This document shows positions 1-11,200 of a stretch of 64,000 bases of DNA, in pieces. The notes under the pieces were generated by a model that saw nothing but the letters and a program-made list of their open reading frames with translations, had not been told where the DNA came from and did no database searches. Both the position numbers and the translations under genes were made by a program. Each line of letters starts with the position of its first letter. The stretch's first letter is position 1. This stretch comes from a virus (lineage: Duplodnaviria; Heunggongvirae; Uroviricota; Caudoviricetes), in the IMG/VR virus record IMGVR_UViG_3300046492_000163, positions 1-64,000 of that record. One strand, given 5' to 3'.

Positions 1-2715
1 CTCGATAACAAGCAAGCCTTCCTCAAGCAGAATCAGAATTCCTTCACTGCCGCCGAATACGACCGCATCAATAAGAGCATTGATGCTGCCCGTGAGAAAG
101 TTAATCGGTATGGTGGTGTTCTAGGTCGCACTTCCCTCTCTGCTAAACAACTTCAGATGGCCCAAGCGGGTCTTCCTGCACAGTTCACTGACATCTTCGT
201 ATCCCTCCAGGGTGGACAAGCTCCACTAACCGTGTTGTTGCAACAGGGTGGACAGATCAAGGACATGTTCGGTGGCACTGGTGCGGCGATCAGAGGGGTC
301 GGTAGTGCCATTGGCTCAGTAATCAACCCACTCTCAGTTAGTGCCGCAGCATTTGCTACCCTGATTCTTCTGTGGAATGACGGTGCCAATCAGCTCAAGA
401 AGTTGAATGGCGCTATTATTCAAACAGGCGGATACTCTGGGCAAACTGCGGACCAACTACGTCAGTTGGCAGAGGCTCACGGGCAAGGCATCTCAAGCGT
501 TCGTGAAAACATTGAAGCCCTCGGTCTGCTGACCAAGGCCGGTAAGCTTGTACCTGAAACTTTCGGTGCTGTTTCCGAAGCTGCAACTTCCATGGCGAAC
601 GTCTCGGGCGCCAAGATTGAAGACCTGGTTGCTGACTTCAACACACTAGGCGAAGAGCCTGTTGAGGCAGCTCTGAAGCTGAATGAGAAGTACCACTTCC
701 TCACTGACTCGATCTACCAGCAAGCCCAAGCCCTGGTAACTCAGGGTAAAGAGTCTGAAGCAACTGCTCTTCTAACTAACCATCTTGCCGACACGATTGC
801 TACTCGTGCCAAGGACATGGAAGAGTCTGGACGTGGTGTAGCGAAAGTCTGGAACGAAGTAAAGAACGTTGTTAGTAACGCGATCACTGCTGCCGGTAAA
901 GGATTGAACCCAACGGACCAATCAGAATTGGAAGGGGTTCAAAACCGCCTCCAGCTCTTCCGTGACAACTTCGAATCTCGACCTCAGATGTACAAGAACG
1001 ATCCTGAGTACCTGATGCTGCTTCGGCAGGAATTGGAACTCAAAGAGCGGATTGAGATTAAAAACAAGCAAGCTAAACTTGTTCGTGCAGAAGAGCTAAA
1101 GACTGAAGCCACTATTTCAGCCCGTGCTGCATCGCTCAAGAAAGAGGAAGCGGGTTGGGATGCTGTTCGCAAGGCCAAGGAAGAACTCAAGAAGTTCGAC
1201 CAAAAGCTAAATCTAACAGGCAACAAACTTTCGAAGGGTGATCAGGATCTACTTCGTCAGCCATTCTTGGACTCAATCAAGAAGGCCGAAGAAGCCAAGA
1301 AGAAACAGGATGAGAGCAAGAATCCGAAGTCAGCGGTAATCGACAACACTGATGTCAACGAACTTAAAAATAAGGTCGCTGAGATTAAGTCGTTGTACAA
1401 GTCCTTGAATGAAACAATCATTCAGGAACAAGGTGCCGGGGCTATCTCTTCTGAAGTAGCAGTAGGTAAACGTAAGACACTGCTCGATGAAGAGTCCGCT
1501 AAGATCAGGGACGCTTACCAGCAACAGATTTCCGCCTTGGAAGCGTTGAAGGGCAGCAAGAACATCTCTGCCAACCAACTTATCTCAATTGACCGCCAGA
1601 TTGCAGATGCTCGTTCGAAGATGGTTATTGCTCAGCAAGATGCTGAGAAAGACTTGACCAAACTTGCAGGCGATGAAGAGCGGCGACTAGAGAAACAGCG
1701 ACGTGCAATTGCTGCCTACTCTGACTCTGTTGATCAGATGGTTAAGAACCTGGAGACGGCGGGTGAGCGTGAGCGTGCTGCACTTGGCATGAGTAGCGGT
1801 GAAGCTGATCTACAGAACAAGCTGAACAGTGAAGCTGACCGGTACAACCAAGAGTCACGAACTCTGGCCCTGCAAATCGGGGAGGAAGGCCGGGACCAGG
1901 CTGAAGTCCAGGCCAACATGCGGAAGGCTGCTGAAGGCCACACTGCGATGAAAAAGCAGATCGTCAGCAACTACCAGCAAATGAAAATTGCCCAACAAGA
2001 TTGGGGTGCTGGAATTAGTAGTGCCTTCCAAGAGTACATCGAAGCAGGCGAGAACTTCGCCGGTATTACTAACGAAGTAGTCACCAACGCTTTTAGTAGC
2101 ATGGAAGACTCCATTGTTAACTTCGTTGAAACTGGCAAGGCTTCTTTCTCGGACTTCACCAAGTCCGTTCTCGCTGATATGGCTCGCATGGCTGTTCGGA
2201 TTGCTGCCTCTAGAGCCCTGACGGCTGTACTGGCTTCATTCGCCGGTCCATCTGCGGCTCCTGCTGCTTCAATGAACAGTGCATCAGGCTGGAGCGATGG
2301 AATCATGGCGGCGAAGGGTGCCGCATTCAAAGGTGGTACACAGTTCTTTGCGAAGGGTGGTGCATTCACCAACTCAGTTGTAAGTAAGCCTACTGCGTTC
2401 AGCACTAGCGGTAGCAACAACAACGTCATGGGTGAAGCTGGTCCTGAAGCCATTATGCCGTTGACTCGTGCCTCTGACGGTTCACTGGGCGTTCGTGCCC
2501 AAGTTGATCTATCCGGCCTGCAACAGAATGCCGGAAGCGGTGTGCAAGTCTACATCAGCATTGATGGTGAAGGCAACAAACAGACTTCAGCTAATGATCC
2601 AGGCTACTCATCGTTCGGTAACGAGATTGGTCAATTTGTTGATCAGCGTTACAAGCAACTGATCGGCAAGGATCTACAACCAGGTGGAGACATCTGGAAA
2701 TCAATGCAGGGTTAA
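1..2715 (+). CDS. H: tail tape measure protein (lambda gpH-like), 5'-truncated by window start
   Basis: ORF 157..2715 continues in-frame to base 1 with no stop; LPAQFTD...GGQ...LLQQGGQ.KD.FGG motif matches the lambda H N-terminal region; coiled-coil middle and Gly-rich C-terminus; synteny H-M-L-K-I-J. Confidence 0.9.
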   Translation, partial: LDNKQAFLKQNQNSFTAAEYDRINKSIDAAREKVNRYGGVLGRTSLSAKQLQMAQAGLPAQFTDIFVSLQGGQAPLTVLLQQGGQIKDMFGGTGAAIRGVGSAIGSVINPLSVSAAAFATLILLWNDGANQLKKLNGAIIQTGGYSGQTADQLRQLAEAHGQGISSVRENIEALGLLTKAGKLVPETFGAVSEAATSMANVSGAKIEDLVADFNTLGEEPVEAALKLNEKYHFLTDSIYQQAQALVTQGKESEATALLTNHLADTIATRAKDMEESGRGVAKVWNEVKNVVSNAITAAGKGLNPTDQSELEGVQNRLQLFRDNFESRPQMYKNDPEYLMLLRQELELKERIEIKNKQAKLVRAEELKTEATISARAASLKKEEAGWDAVRKAKEELKKFDQKLNLTGNKLSKGDQDLLRQPFLDSIKKAEEAKKKQDESKNPKSAVIDNTDVNELKNKVAEIKSLYKSLNETIIQEQGAGAISSEVAVGKRKTLLDEESAKIRDAYQQQISALEALKGSKNISANQLISIDRQIADARSKMVIAQQDAEKDLTKLAGDEERRLEKQRRAIAAYSDSVDQMVKNLETAGERERAALGMSSGEADLQNKLNSEADRYNQESRTLALQIGEEGRDQAEVQANMRKAAEGHTAMKKQIVSNYQQMKIAQQDWGAGISSAFQEYIEAGENFAGITNEVVTNAFSSMEDSIVNFVETGKASFSDFTKSVLADMARMAVRIAASRALTAVLASFAGPSAAPAASMNSASGWSDGIMAAKGAAFKGGTQFFAKGGAFTNSVVSKPTAFSTSGSNNNVMGEAGPEAIMPLTRASDGSLGVRAQVDLSGLQQNAGSGVQVYISIDGEGNKQTSANDPGYSSFGNEIGQFVDQRYKQLIGKDLQPGGDIWKSMQG

Positions 2716-2717
2716 CA

Positions 2718-2746
2718 GAGGGGACGAAAGTCCCCTTCTTTTTTGA
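2718..2746 (+). terminator. intrinsic terminator/attenuator hairpin between tape measure and gpM genes
   Basis: GGGGAC-gaaa-GTCCCC stem followed by TTCTTTTTT. Confidence 0.5.
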
Positions 2747-2753
2747 GGAAGTT

Positions 2754-3092
2754 ATGGCAAGTCCAACTTTTACTTGGGTAGTGAATACTCAGGCCTCACC
2801 GACTATTGGATACACAGTTCGCTCTGCCCAGATGGGAGATGGCTACGTTCAAGAGATTGGTGAAGGCGTCAATAATAAAACAGAGTCTTGGGAAGTAAGT
2901 TACGTTGGGAGTGATACTGATATCGCTGCCATCATGACGTTCCTCGATGCTCTCGCGGGTTACAAGTCCTTCTTCTGGACTAACCCACTCAATCAACTCG
3001 GCCTGTATAAGTGCAAGAACCCTCAACCTACAGAACTAGGTGGGAATACTTTTAGCTTCTCAGGCACATTCACCAAAGCCTACGCGGCTTAA
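2754..3092 (+). CDS. M: minor tail protein M (lambda gpM-like)
   Basis: 112 aa; FGDGY.Q...KSFFWT.P pattern as in lambda M; position after H. Confidence 0.85.
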   Translation: MASPTFTWVVNTQASPTIGYTVRSAQMGDGYVQEIGEGVNNKTESWEVSYVGSDTDIAAIMTFLDALAGYKSFFWTNPLNQLGLYKCKNPQPTELGGNTFSFSGTFTKAYAA

Positions 3093-3103
3093 CAAGGAGA
3101 GTT

Positions 3104-3835
3104 ATGCCGATTAAGTTAGACGTTCAGAAACTTGAACCGGGACAACGTGTCCGTCTGGTTGAAGTTAACTGCACAGAGTTTGGTGGACCCGTGATGTACT
3201 TCCACAACTACAACGTGGAATACACACAAGCAGAACTACTGGCTGCCCAAACTGCCGGAACAGAGCTGGGTGCGAAGCCCATTATCTGGCAAGGGCAGAC
3301 TTATACTTGCTGGCCCTACGATATAGACGGCATTGAACTCGATGGTACTGGCTCTACGGCCTCCCCTACCCTCGCAGTTGCCAACGTTGATTCTACGATC
3401 AGCTCGCTGTGCCTTGCTCTCAATGACTTGGCTCAAGCCAAAGTAACGGTTCACATCACATTCCAACACTACTTGGACGGACAGCCAGGCGCTGACCCGA
3501 CTCAAGAGTTTGTACAGATTTGGTATATCGACCGCAAGACCAATGAGGATAACGTTTCCATCTCATGGAGCCTATCCAACCCAGCGGACACTAGCGGCAA
3601 ACTTATCCCTGCCCGTCAGGTTCACTCTATCTGCTACTGGATGCTCCAAGGTCAATACCGTGGTGCAGACTGCGGATATACGGGAACCAACTACTTCGAT
3701 GCAGACGGTAATGTTGTGGCTAACCCCGCCCTGGATAAATGCTCCGGCCTTCTAGGCACAGGATGCAAACTTCGCTTCCCCGGAAACATCCCTCTCCCCT
3801 TCGGCGGTTTCCCTGCAAGTGCTCTCATGAACTAA
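3104..3835 (+). CDS. L: minor tail protein L (lambda gpL-like)
   Basis: 243 aa; W.G..Y...P, YRG.DCGYTG, D.CSGLLGTGCKLRF...FGGF motifs shared with lambda L incl. Cys cluster. Confidence 0.9.
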   Translation: MPIKLDVQKLEPGQRVRLVEVNCTEFGGPVMYFHNYNVEYTQAELLAAQTAGTELGAKPIIWQGQTYTCWPYDIDGIELDGTGSTASPTLAVANVDSTISSLCLALNDLAQAKVTVHITFQHYLDGQPGADPTQEFVQIWYIDRKTNEDNVSISWSLSNPADTSGKLIPARQVHSICYWMLQGQYRGADCGYTGTNYFDADGNVVANPALDKCSGLLGTGCKLRFPGNIPLPFGGFPASALMN

Positions 3836-3844
3836 AGGAACTAC

Positions 3845-4666
3845 ATGGAAGTTTTTGACAACGAGAATGTGCGGGAAGATATCCGCCGTCACGCAGCAAA
3901 AGAATACCCACGGGAATGCTGTGGTGTAGTTGTGAGTATCCAAGGAAGCCCGCAATATTTTCCTTGCAAGAATACCTCTGAAGACCCGACCGAAGAGTTT
4001 CAGATGTCCCCCGAGGACATGACGGATGCGATGGACCTGGGTGAACTAGAAGCCATTGTACATTCCCACCCTGATGCAACTTCCCAACCCAGCACCTTCG
4101 ATCTAGCGTTCATGGAGCGCTATTACGCTCTTGAGCTGGCTTTGGACCCCGAAGCTAAACCAACCCCTTGGATAATCTTGTCGTGGCCTGAAGGCGATTT
4201 TAGACAGGTTGTAGCCCAAGGCGGTGTACCGCTAACTGGAAGAGAGTTTGTACATGGACTGCACGATTGTTGGCAGTGCTGTGCAGACTATTACTTCCGA
4301 ACTAGCGGCCTGACATTCCCCAACTTTGAAAGGCAAGACGGCTGGTGGGAAGAGAAGGATGGTCCTTCTCACTATGAACAGAACTTCTTGGACTGCGGCT
4401 TCTATAAAGTCCCGCTTGATGAAATTCAAGTAGGGGATCTTATCGTGATGCAGATCGGGCGTTCTTATCACCCCAACCACGCTGCCGTCTATCTTGGCAA
4501 TGTTCCGAAACTTCCAGATGAAGCGTTGGACATCTTCGGCCAAGGCCCTTTCATTCTTCACCACATGTACGCACGCAAGTCCGCAGTTGAAATATACGGA
4601 GGGCAGTGGCTACACCGTACATCATTTGTATTAAGGCACAAGGATTATGTCGGAGAGACTAGTTAA
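3845..4666 (+). CDS. K: tail assembly protein K (MPN/JAB + NlpC/P60 domains)
   Basis: ECCGVVV...HSHP (JAB/MPN) N-terminal part and Cys/His NlpC/P60-like C-terminal part; position after L. Confidence 0.85.
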   Translation: MEVFDNENVREDIRRHAAKEYPRECCGVVVSIQGSPQYFPCKNTSEDPTEEFQMSPEDMTDAMDLGELEAIVHSHPDATSQPSTFDLAFMERYYALELALDPEAKPTPWIILSWPEGDFRQVVAQGGVPLTGREFVHGLHDCWQCCADYYFRTSGLTFPNFERQDGWWEEKDGPSHYEQNFLDCGFYKVPLDEIQVGDLIVMQIGRSYHPNHAAVYLGNVPKLPDEALDIFGQGPFILHHMYARKSAVEIYGGQWLHRTSFVLRHKDYVGETS

Positions 4667-5282
4667 AGTAAAACTCTATGGTCACTTGAGAAAGTTCGGC
4701 AGAGAGTTTGAAGTATCCGTTAAAAGCCCTGCTGAAGCAGTACACGCACTTGGCGTGATGATTCCAGGGTTCAAGCACTTCCTAGAAACAGCAGAACTCA
4801 AAGGCATGGCCTTCGCTGTCTTCAATGGAAAACAAAACATTACAGCCGAGGAACTACGCCTCGGTGCAAAGCCTGAGATTCGAATCGCCCCTATATATGG
4901 TGGCCGTAAGAGTAGTGGCGGCTTCTCAGTGATCCTAGGTGTCGCCCTGATGGCTATTGCCGTTGTTGCGACTGGTGGTGTAGCAGGCCTCGGTATTGCC
5001 GGTGCTGCTGGCTGGGGTGGTGCCCTATCTGCCGGTGGGTTCGCCGGGGCTCTCGCAATGACAGGCTTCGCTATGGCTATTGGTGGGGTAATCCAAATGC
5101 TTACTCCAACCGCTAGCACCGGACTAAAGACTAGTGCGGATAGCGAAAACACTTCGGCCTACGCCTTTGGCGGGCCAGTTAATACAACATCGCAAGGCAC
5201 ACCAGTCGGCATCCTATATGGAGAGCGAGAGATTGGTGGTGCCGTTATTTCTGCCGGAATCTTCGCTGAGGATCGGGCATAG
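4647..5282 (+). CDS. I: tail assembly protein I (lambda gpI-like)
   Basis: KLYGHLRKFGREF start and Gly/Ala-rich hydrophobic middle mirror lambda I; overlaps K end by 20 nt. Confidence 0.85.
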   Translation: MSERLVKVKLYGHLRKFGREFEVSVKSPAEAVHALGVMIPGFKHFLETAELKGMAFAVFNGKQNITAEELRLGAKPEIRIAPIYGGRKSSGGFSVILGVALMAIAVVATGGVAGLGIAGAAGWGGALSAGGFAGALAMTGFAMAIGGVIQMLTPTASTGLKTSADSENTSAYAFGGPVNTTSQGTPVGILYGEREIGGAVISAGIFAEDRA

Positions 5283-5294
5283 TAGAGGATTCAA

Positions 5295-8200
5295 ATGGAA
5301 CAAGTAGTTCTAGAAGGCCACAAGGGCGGTAGTAGCACACCACACCAGCCCGTAGAGGAAAGAAACAACCTGCTCTCAAAGTCCTACGCCAAAGTGCTTC
5401 TTGCAATTGGTGAAGGTGAGTTCGCAGGCACCCCAACCGCAGAGAACATCTACCTCGATGGCACCCCTCTTGTAAGTGCCACCGGTCTGCAAAACTTTGG
5501 TGGAGTTAAATGGGAATACCGCTCTGGTCGCTCTGATCAGTCGCACATTCCCGGCATGCCGGACATCTCTAACGAGTTTGCTATTGGCTTGGCTCTCACC
5601 AGCACAACCCCATATACCCGCCTGATTACCAACTCGCAACTTGATGCGATCCGTATCACCCTCGCATGGCCTGCTCTTTATCAACAAAAAGATAACGGCG
5701 ACATCGTGGGCTACAACATTGTCTATGCAATCGACATCTCCACTAACGGTGGAGCGTACGTGCAACAGGGGCAATGGGATACAGGCTCTGGTAAAACCAA
5801 CGTCGAGTATAACCGTACTCACCGCCTCACACTTCCGAAGCCAGGTACATCGTGGACTTTCCGTGTTCGTCGGATTACTCCGAATCAGAACAACGCTAAG
5901 TTCGCAGACATCATGCAGGTTAAATCCTACGCAGAAGTCATCGATGCCAAACTTCGTTACCCTAACACTGCCCTGCTCTATGTAGAGTTTGATGCTGAAG
6001 CCTTCGGTGGTTCCTCGATCCCCAAAGTTTCTATTCGAACTAGAGGCCGTTTGATCCAAGTTCCACAGAACTACAACCCAGACACCCGCGTTTACTCTGG
6101 CGTGTGGAACGGTACGTTCAAATGGGCATGGTCGGATAACCCTGCCTGGGTCTTCTATGACCTGGTGACAAACGACCGGTACGGCCTGGGTGCTCGCATC
6201 ACAGCAGATATGGTGGACAAGTGGACCCTGTACCAGGTCAGCCAGTATTGCGACGTGATGGTTCCAAACGGCAAGGGCGGTACAGAGCCACGTTACACTT
6301 GCAACGTCTATATCCAAGCCCGCAAAGAAGCATGGCAAGTTCTCCGCGACATCGTGGGGATCTTCAACGGGATGCTGCACTGGTCCGGTACGCAGATGGT
6401 TGCATCGGCAGATATGCCTGTTGCAATCAACACTGTTCGTACTTACAACCGCAGCAATGTAGTAGACGGTAAATTCATTTACGGCTCTACATCAGAGAAG
6501 ACCATTGCTACAACGGCCTTGGTGTCGTTCGATGATCCAGAGAACCACTTTGAAACCGCTGTAGAGGCCGTCAACGAACTTAGTCTTGTTCAACGATACA
6601 AGACCTGGAACCAAGCGGAACTCGCCGCTATCGGCTGCACAAGCCGTGGACAGGCACAGCGTAAAGGTAAGTACACGATGCTTACCAACTCGTTGAATCG
6701 AGTTGTGACATTCAAACTTGGCCTAGAAGGTTATCTGCCCGGTCCAGGTGATGTCATCGGTGTTGCTGACCAAGTGTTGGCAGGCTCGCAATTCTCTGGT
6801 CGTATCAGCACAGCCACTTTGAAAGTTGTTACTTGCGACCGTGTACCCAACGCTGTTGCTGGAGATATTCTTTACATTAACAAGGCGGATGGAACTCTAG
6901 GCGAAGGCCGGACCATCCAAAGTGTTGTTGGCAAGGTAGTTACTGTAACAACCAACTACTCTGAGATTCCAGCCGCTGAGTTGGGATGGTACGTCGAGAA
7001 GACGACCCTGAAGTCTCAGCTCTACCGTGTAACTAAAGTTGCATGGAGTGACAACGACGGTAAGTTTGAAGTTACCGGTGTTCAATACGAAGACAGCAAG
7101 TATGCAGCCGTTGATAGCGGTGCCCGTCTTGAGTCTCGGCCTATTACCACTGTTCCAGCGGGTGGGCAAGCTGCTCCAACTGGCCTGACTCTTACCAGCT
7201 TCAGCTACATCGAACAAACGATGGCAGTTACAACGCTATCGGTGAAGTGGAACCCTGCTGCCGGTGCCATGAAGTACGAAGGACAATGGCGTAAAGATGG
7301 TGGTGAATGGAACAACGTTGGACTGACAGCAAGCACTGGGTTTGACGTTAAAGGGATTTACTCTGGTGCCTACCAGGCGCGTGTACGGGCTATCAACGCT
7401 CTCGGAACTAAGTCGATTTGGCTTGAGTCTGCAAACACGCAACTAACCGGTAAAGTCGGCAACCCACCTTCCCTAGCGACTTTGACCACAGTATCGGAAA
7501 TCTTCGGTATCCGGATTAACTGGACGTTCTCACCTGGTGCGGAGGATGGTAATTACATCCAACTGCAACAAGCAACAACGGACACTGGAACAGGTGCTGC
7601 TGATCTTACAATGGTTGCCTACCCTGCTCAGACTTACCTCAAGTCGAACATGCTGGGTGGTGCTCAACTGTACTTCCGTGGTCGTCTGATCGACCGTTCG
7701 GGGAACCAGAGCCCATGGACCGCATGGACCTACGGTATTTCCGAGTACGGTACTGACAAGATCCTGGAAGCGATTGTTGGTGAAATCGAGCGTACCGAAC
7801 TTGGTCAGGAGTTGCTGAGCGAACTGGACTTCACTAAACAGGATATTAACTGGCTAGAAGCTGAAGTCACCGGCCTTGAGCAGCAAGTTCAGAACAACAT
7901 CTCCGACTTGAACGACACCATCTCGGATGTCAATATCGTTGTTGATGGGTTGCATGAGCAACTTGATTCTGCCTTCTCTACTCCGGAATACGATGCGGCT
8001 AAAACTTACCAGAAGGGTGAAATCACTCGTGTTGGGGAACGTCTATACCAAGCATTGATTAACGTGCCAGCTAACACCACTCCACCCAACGTAACTTATT
8101 GGAAGGATGTTGGACAAGTTGTTTCCACTGTTAGTGGGATGGCTGCACAAGTTCAGATCAACACAGCAGACGTTGCTACGCTGGACGGTGTAACTACCGC

Positions 8201-11200
8201 ACAGGCTGGATTAATCTCTGGGGTGAAATCGACCCTAGACAATATCGGTGGTAGCGGAACTAACTTGGTTCCGGCTGAGTATTCTGTATTCGGTGCTAAC
8301 AAGCCTGAAATCGTGTATGGCGGGACTATCGCAACTACAGTAGCGGATGCAACTGCCCTGTACGGTTATGCCCTCAAGGTTACAACCAACAGCACAAACG
8401 CCACCGCAACTATCTACACTACCCCGCTGGAAACCTACGCTGCATTCAACATGGCGTGCAAGCCCGGTAAGTATATCCTGTCTTACTACGGCAAGACAGA
8501 TACTGCTGGTCACACTATTGCTATGTTCCTCCGGGGCCGTAATAGTGCAGACGTTGCTGTAAGTTCGACAGGCGCTCCACAAGATGCACTGACAACAGGC
8601 TGGGTTCGTTACTCGCAAGTTGTTGACCTGACCGTCGCTTCGTTTGCCGATAAAGATAAGATGTCTATCGGTATCCAGGTTAACCGTTCTGGTATTACTG
8701 GACGTGTGTTCTACCTCGACCGCATCATGCTTGAACCGATGCTTGGCGAGAACACTGCACCATCGCCATTCAGCGTTGGTAACAGCTTCGGTAAAGTTGA
8801 CGCTCTTGCGACTGCAACAACTGCCTTGACTACAAGCGTGAATCAACATGGCCTGGATATCACTAGCCAAGGCCAAGCAATCACAGCCGTTGAAGCAAGC
8901 ATTGGAAGCATGGGTGGTGCGGGAACTAACTTTGTTCCAGATACCTATAGCTGGCTTGGAACCGCAACACTTCCACAGACGGCGCTGAGTACAGCAACTT
9001 CGCTCACATCTGTTCCTGTTACAGGATCGGTGTCTGGGTATGGTTACAGGTACGTGAAGCCTAACGTGGCCGTGCCATGGTTCATGCTCTGCCCGAGCAA
9101 CAACGCAGCAGGCTGGAACATCCCTCTAGTTCCAGGTAAGTACCTGATGTCGTTCTACGCGAGCACTGACGCCCAAGGCGTTACAGATGGCTTGCAAGTT
9201 CGTGCAGCAATGTGGGATGGCAGCAGCAAGAGCCCAACAGACTTCACCCTGACAGCGACACGTACACGCTACACCGCTGTAATCACGATTCCGAACAGTA
9301 ATACCTACGGGTTTACGCTGTTCTTCGTGGGTGGTGTCGCAGGCAGCATTGCGTGGATTGACTCCCCAATGTTGGAGAAGCAGGTAGGTAATAACACTGC
9401 CCCTTCCCCGTTCGTAGCTGGAAGTAGTGCAGCCACTGTAGTAGCAACCGCTGCCGCAGTTACAGCCCTGACTGCAACAGTATCCCAAACAGGGACTACC
9501 GTTGATTCTCACACGAACGCTATCACCACGATTAACGCTACGGTGAATAATCTTGGGGGCAGTGGAACGAACATGGTCCCTGCTGAGTTTAGTGCGTTCA
9601 CTTCCAAAGTGCCGACGTTCAGTAAAGCTGCTCTGCTAACTGTAACAACTGAGGCAGATCCAGCGGCGTACTCGGGATATCTCCTGAGAGCAACTAACAC
9701 CACGGCAACTGTTGGGCACCTCTACTTGGGTTCTACAGCAACCGATTACAACATGCGTATCGCTCCGGACAAGAAATACATTATTTCGTTCTGGGCTAAA
9801 GGCGATGTTGCTCACAACGTTGGCATCCGTATTCGTTATCCGAACTCGGCAGGTACAGCGGTTGAGATTGGCTTGGCGTCAGTTGCGATTACAACAACAC
9901 TGGCCCGTTATAGCGCTGTACTCACAATGCCTGCGGCTGTAGTGGATCGAGGCGTAATCGTCCTCTATACACAGAACACCGCTGCTATCGGTGATACCTG
10001 GTTCGATGGCTTCATGGTTGAAGCTGCAATTGGCCCAGCAGTGACCCCAAGTGCGTTTGTACCTGGTAACTCGATGAGCCAAGTTATCGGGCAAGCTTCG
10101 GCAACCTCGGCACTTGACGCTCGCGTGGTAGTCACCGAAGGGAACATGATCAGCACTGGTAATGCGATCACTACCATCAACGCTAACATTGGCAAGATCG
10201 GTGCTGCGGGTTCTAACCTGCTGAACGATGACTATAGCTGGCTTACTTCAACTACGTTGCCAGCCAACGTAAGTGGAACTAGCTTGGCACGAGTTGGTGT
10301 AGCTGTTCCTGGCTCAGCTTCAGGCTTCGGTATGAAGATGACTACAGCCAGCACTAGCACTGGTCAGTTCATCATGCTCTGCCCAACGAACAACGCGGCT
10401 GGCTGGAACGTGGACTTGGAAGCCGGACTTTACTTGGTGTCCATGTATGTCCAAGGTTCAGTTGCGGGAACAATGCGTATCTCGATGTACGACGGTACAC
10501 ACCGTTATTCACCGATTATTGCATTCACCACAACTCGCACTCGCCTGACATTTGTTTGTGGAGCTACTGCATTCACCCGTGCAGCAGTAACGATCTACCC
10601 GAACATGGCGGGTCTGGCAGCAGGAGCTGAAATTACTGTTGACAGCGTAATGGTTGAGAAGACAGCGAACGATGTATCTAGCCAAGTTCCTTCGCCATTC
10701 GTTGCGGGCAACTCTGCACGGGCACTGTCGGCACTTGCCACAGTAACCAACGCAATGGGCACCACAGTTAGTCAGCATGGAACGGACATCAACACTGCGG
10801 CCAACAATATTCTGTCGTTGCAAACCTCAGTTGGTGGACAGACTCAAGAGAACTATGTTCTCGACCCAACTTTCAACGTTGATAAAGCGGGCCTGTCTAA
10901 CTCTTCTCAGGTAACTATTGTTCCTCAGACTGATGTAACAGTTCCATTAGGTTCATCGGTTCCGCGTCTTGCTCGTTGGGATGTTCCAACCTCGACAGGG
11001 AACACTTACTTGGGCTGGCAATGTGTAACTCTGCAACGCTCTCCTGCTAGCACGATCACCGCGTCTATGGCGCCTGGTGAAGTGTACGAAGTCTCTTGCG
11101 ATGTCTACATGGATGTTGCAGGGGCTGCTAGACAGCACGGGATCTGGTTCCAGTTCTACGATGCCGCAGGCGCCTCGATCAGCCATAACTGGGTAGTAGG

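Noticed and set aside
1-157. Looked for the tail-chaperone programmed frameshift (lambda G/GT type)
   Set aside because: It would lie upstream of the tape-measure gene, outside this window, and cannot be assessed.
5376-6380. 334-aa antisense ORF, one of many long reverse-strand ORFs inside TMP/J (also 1971..2453, 8235..8876, 9126..9512, 11661..12152)
   Set aside because: They lie entirely within strongly supported tail genes with clear homology. They are shadow ORFs with no RBS or coupling.
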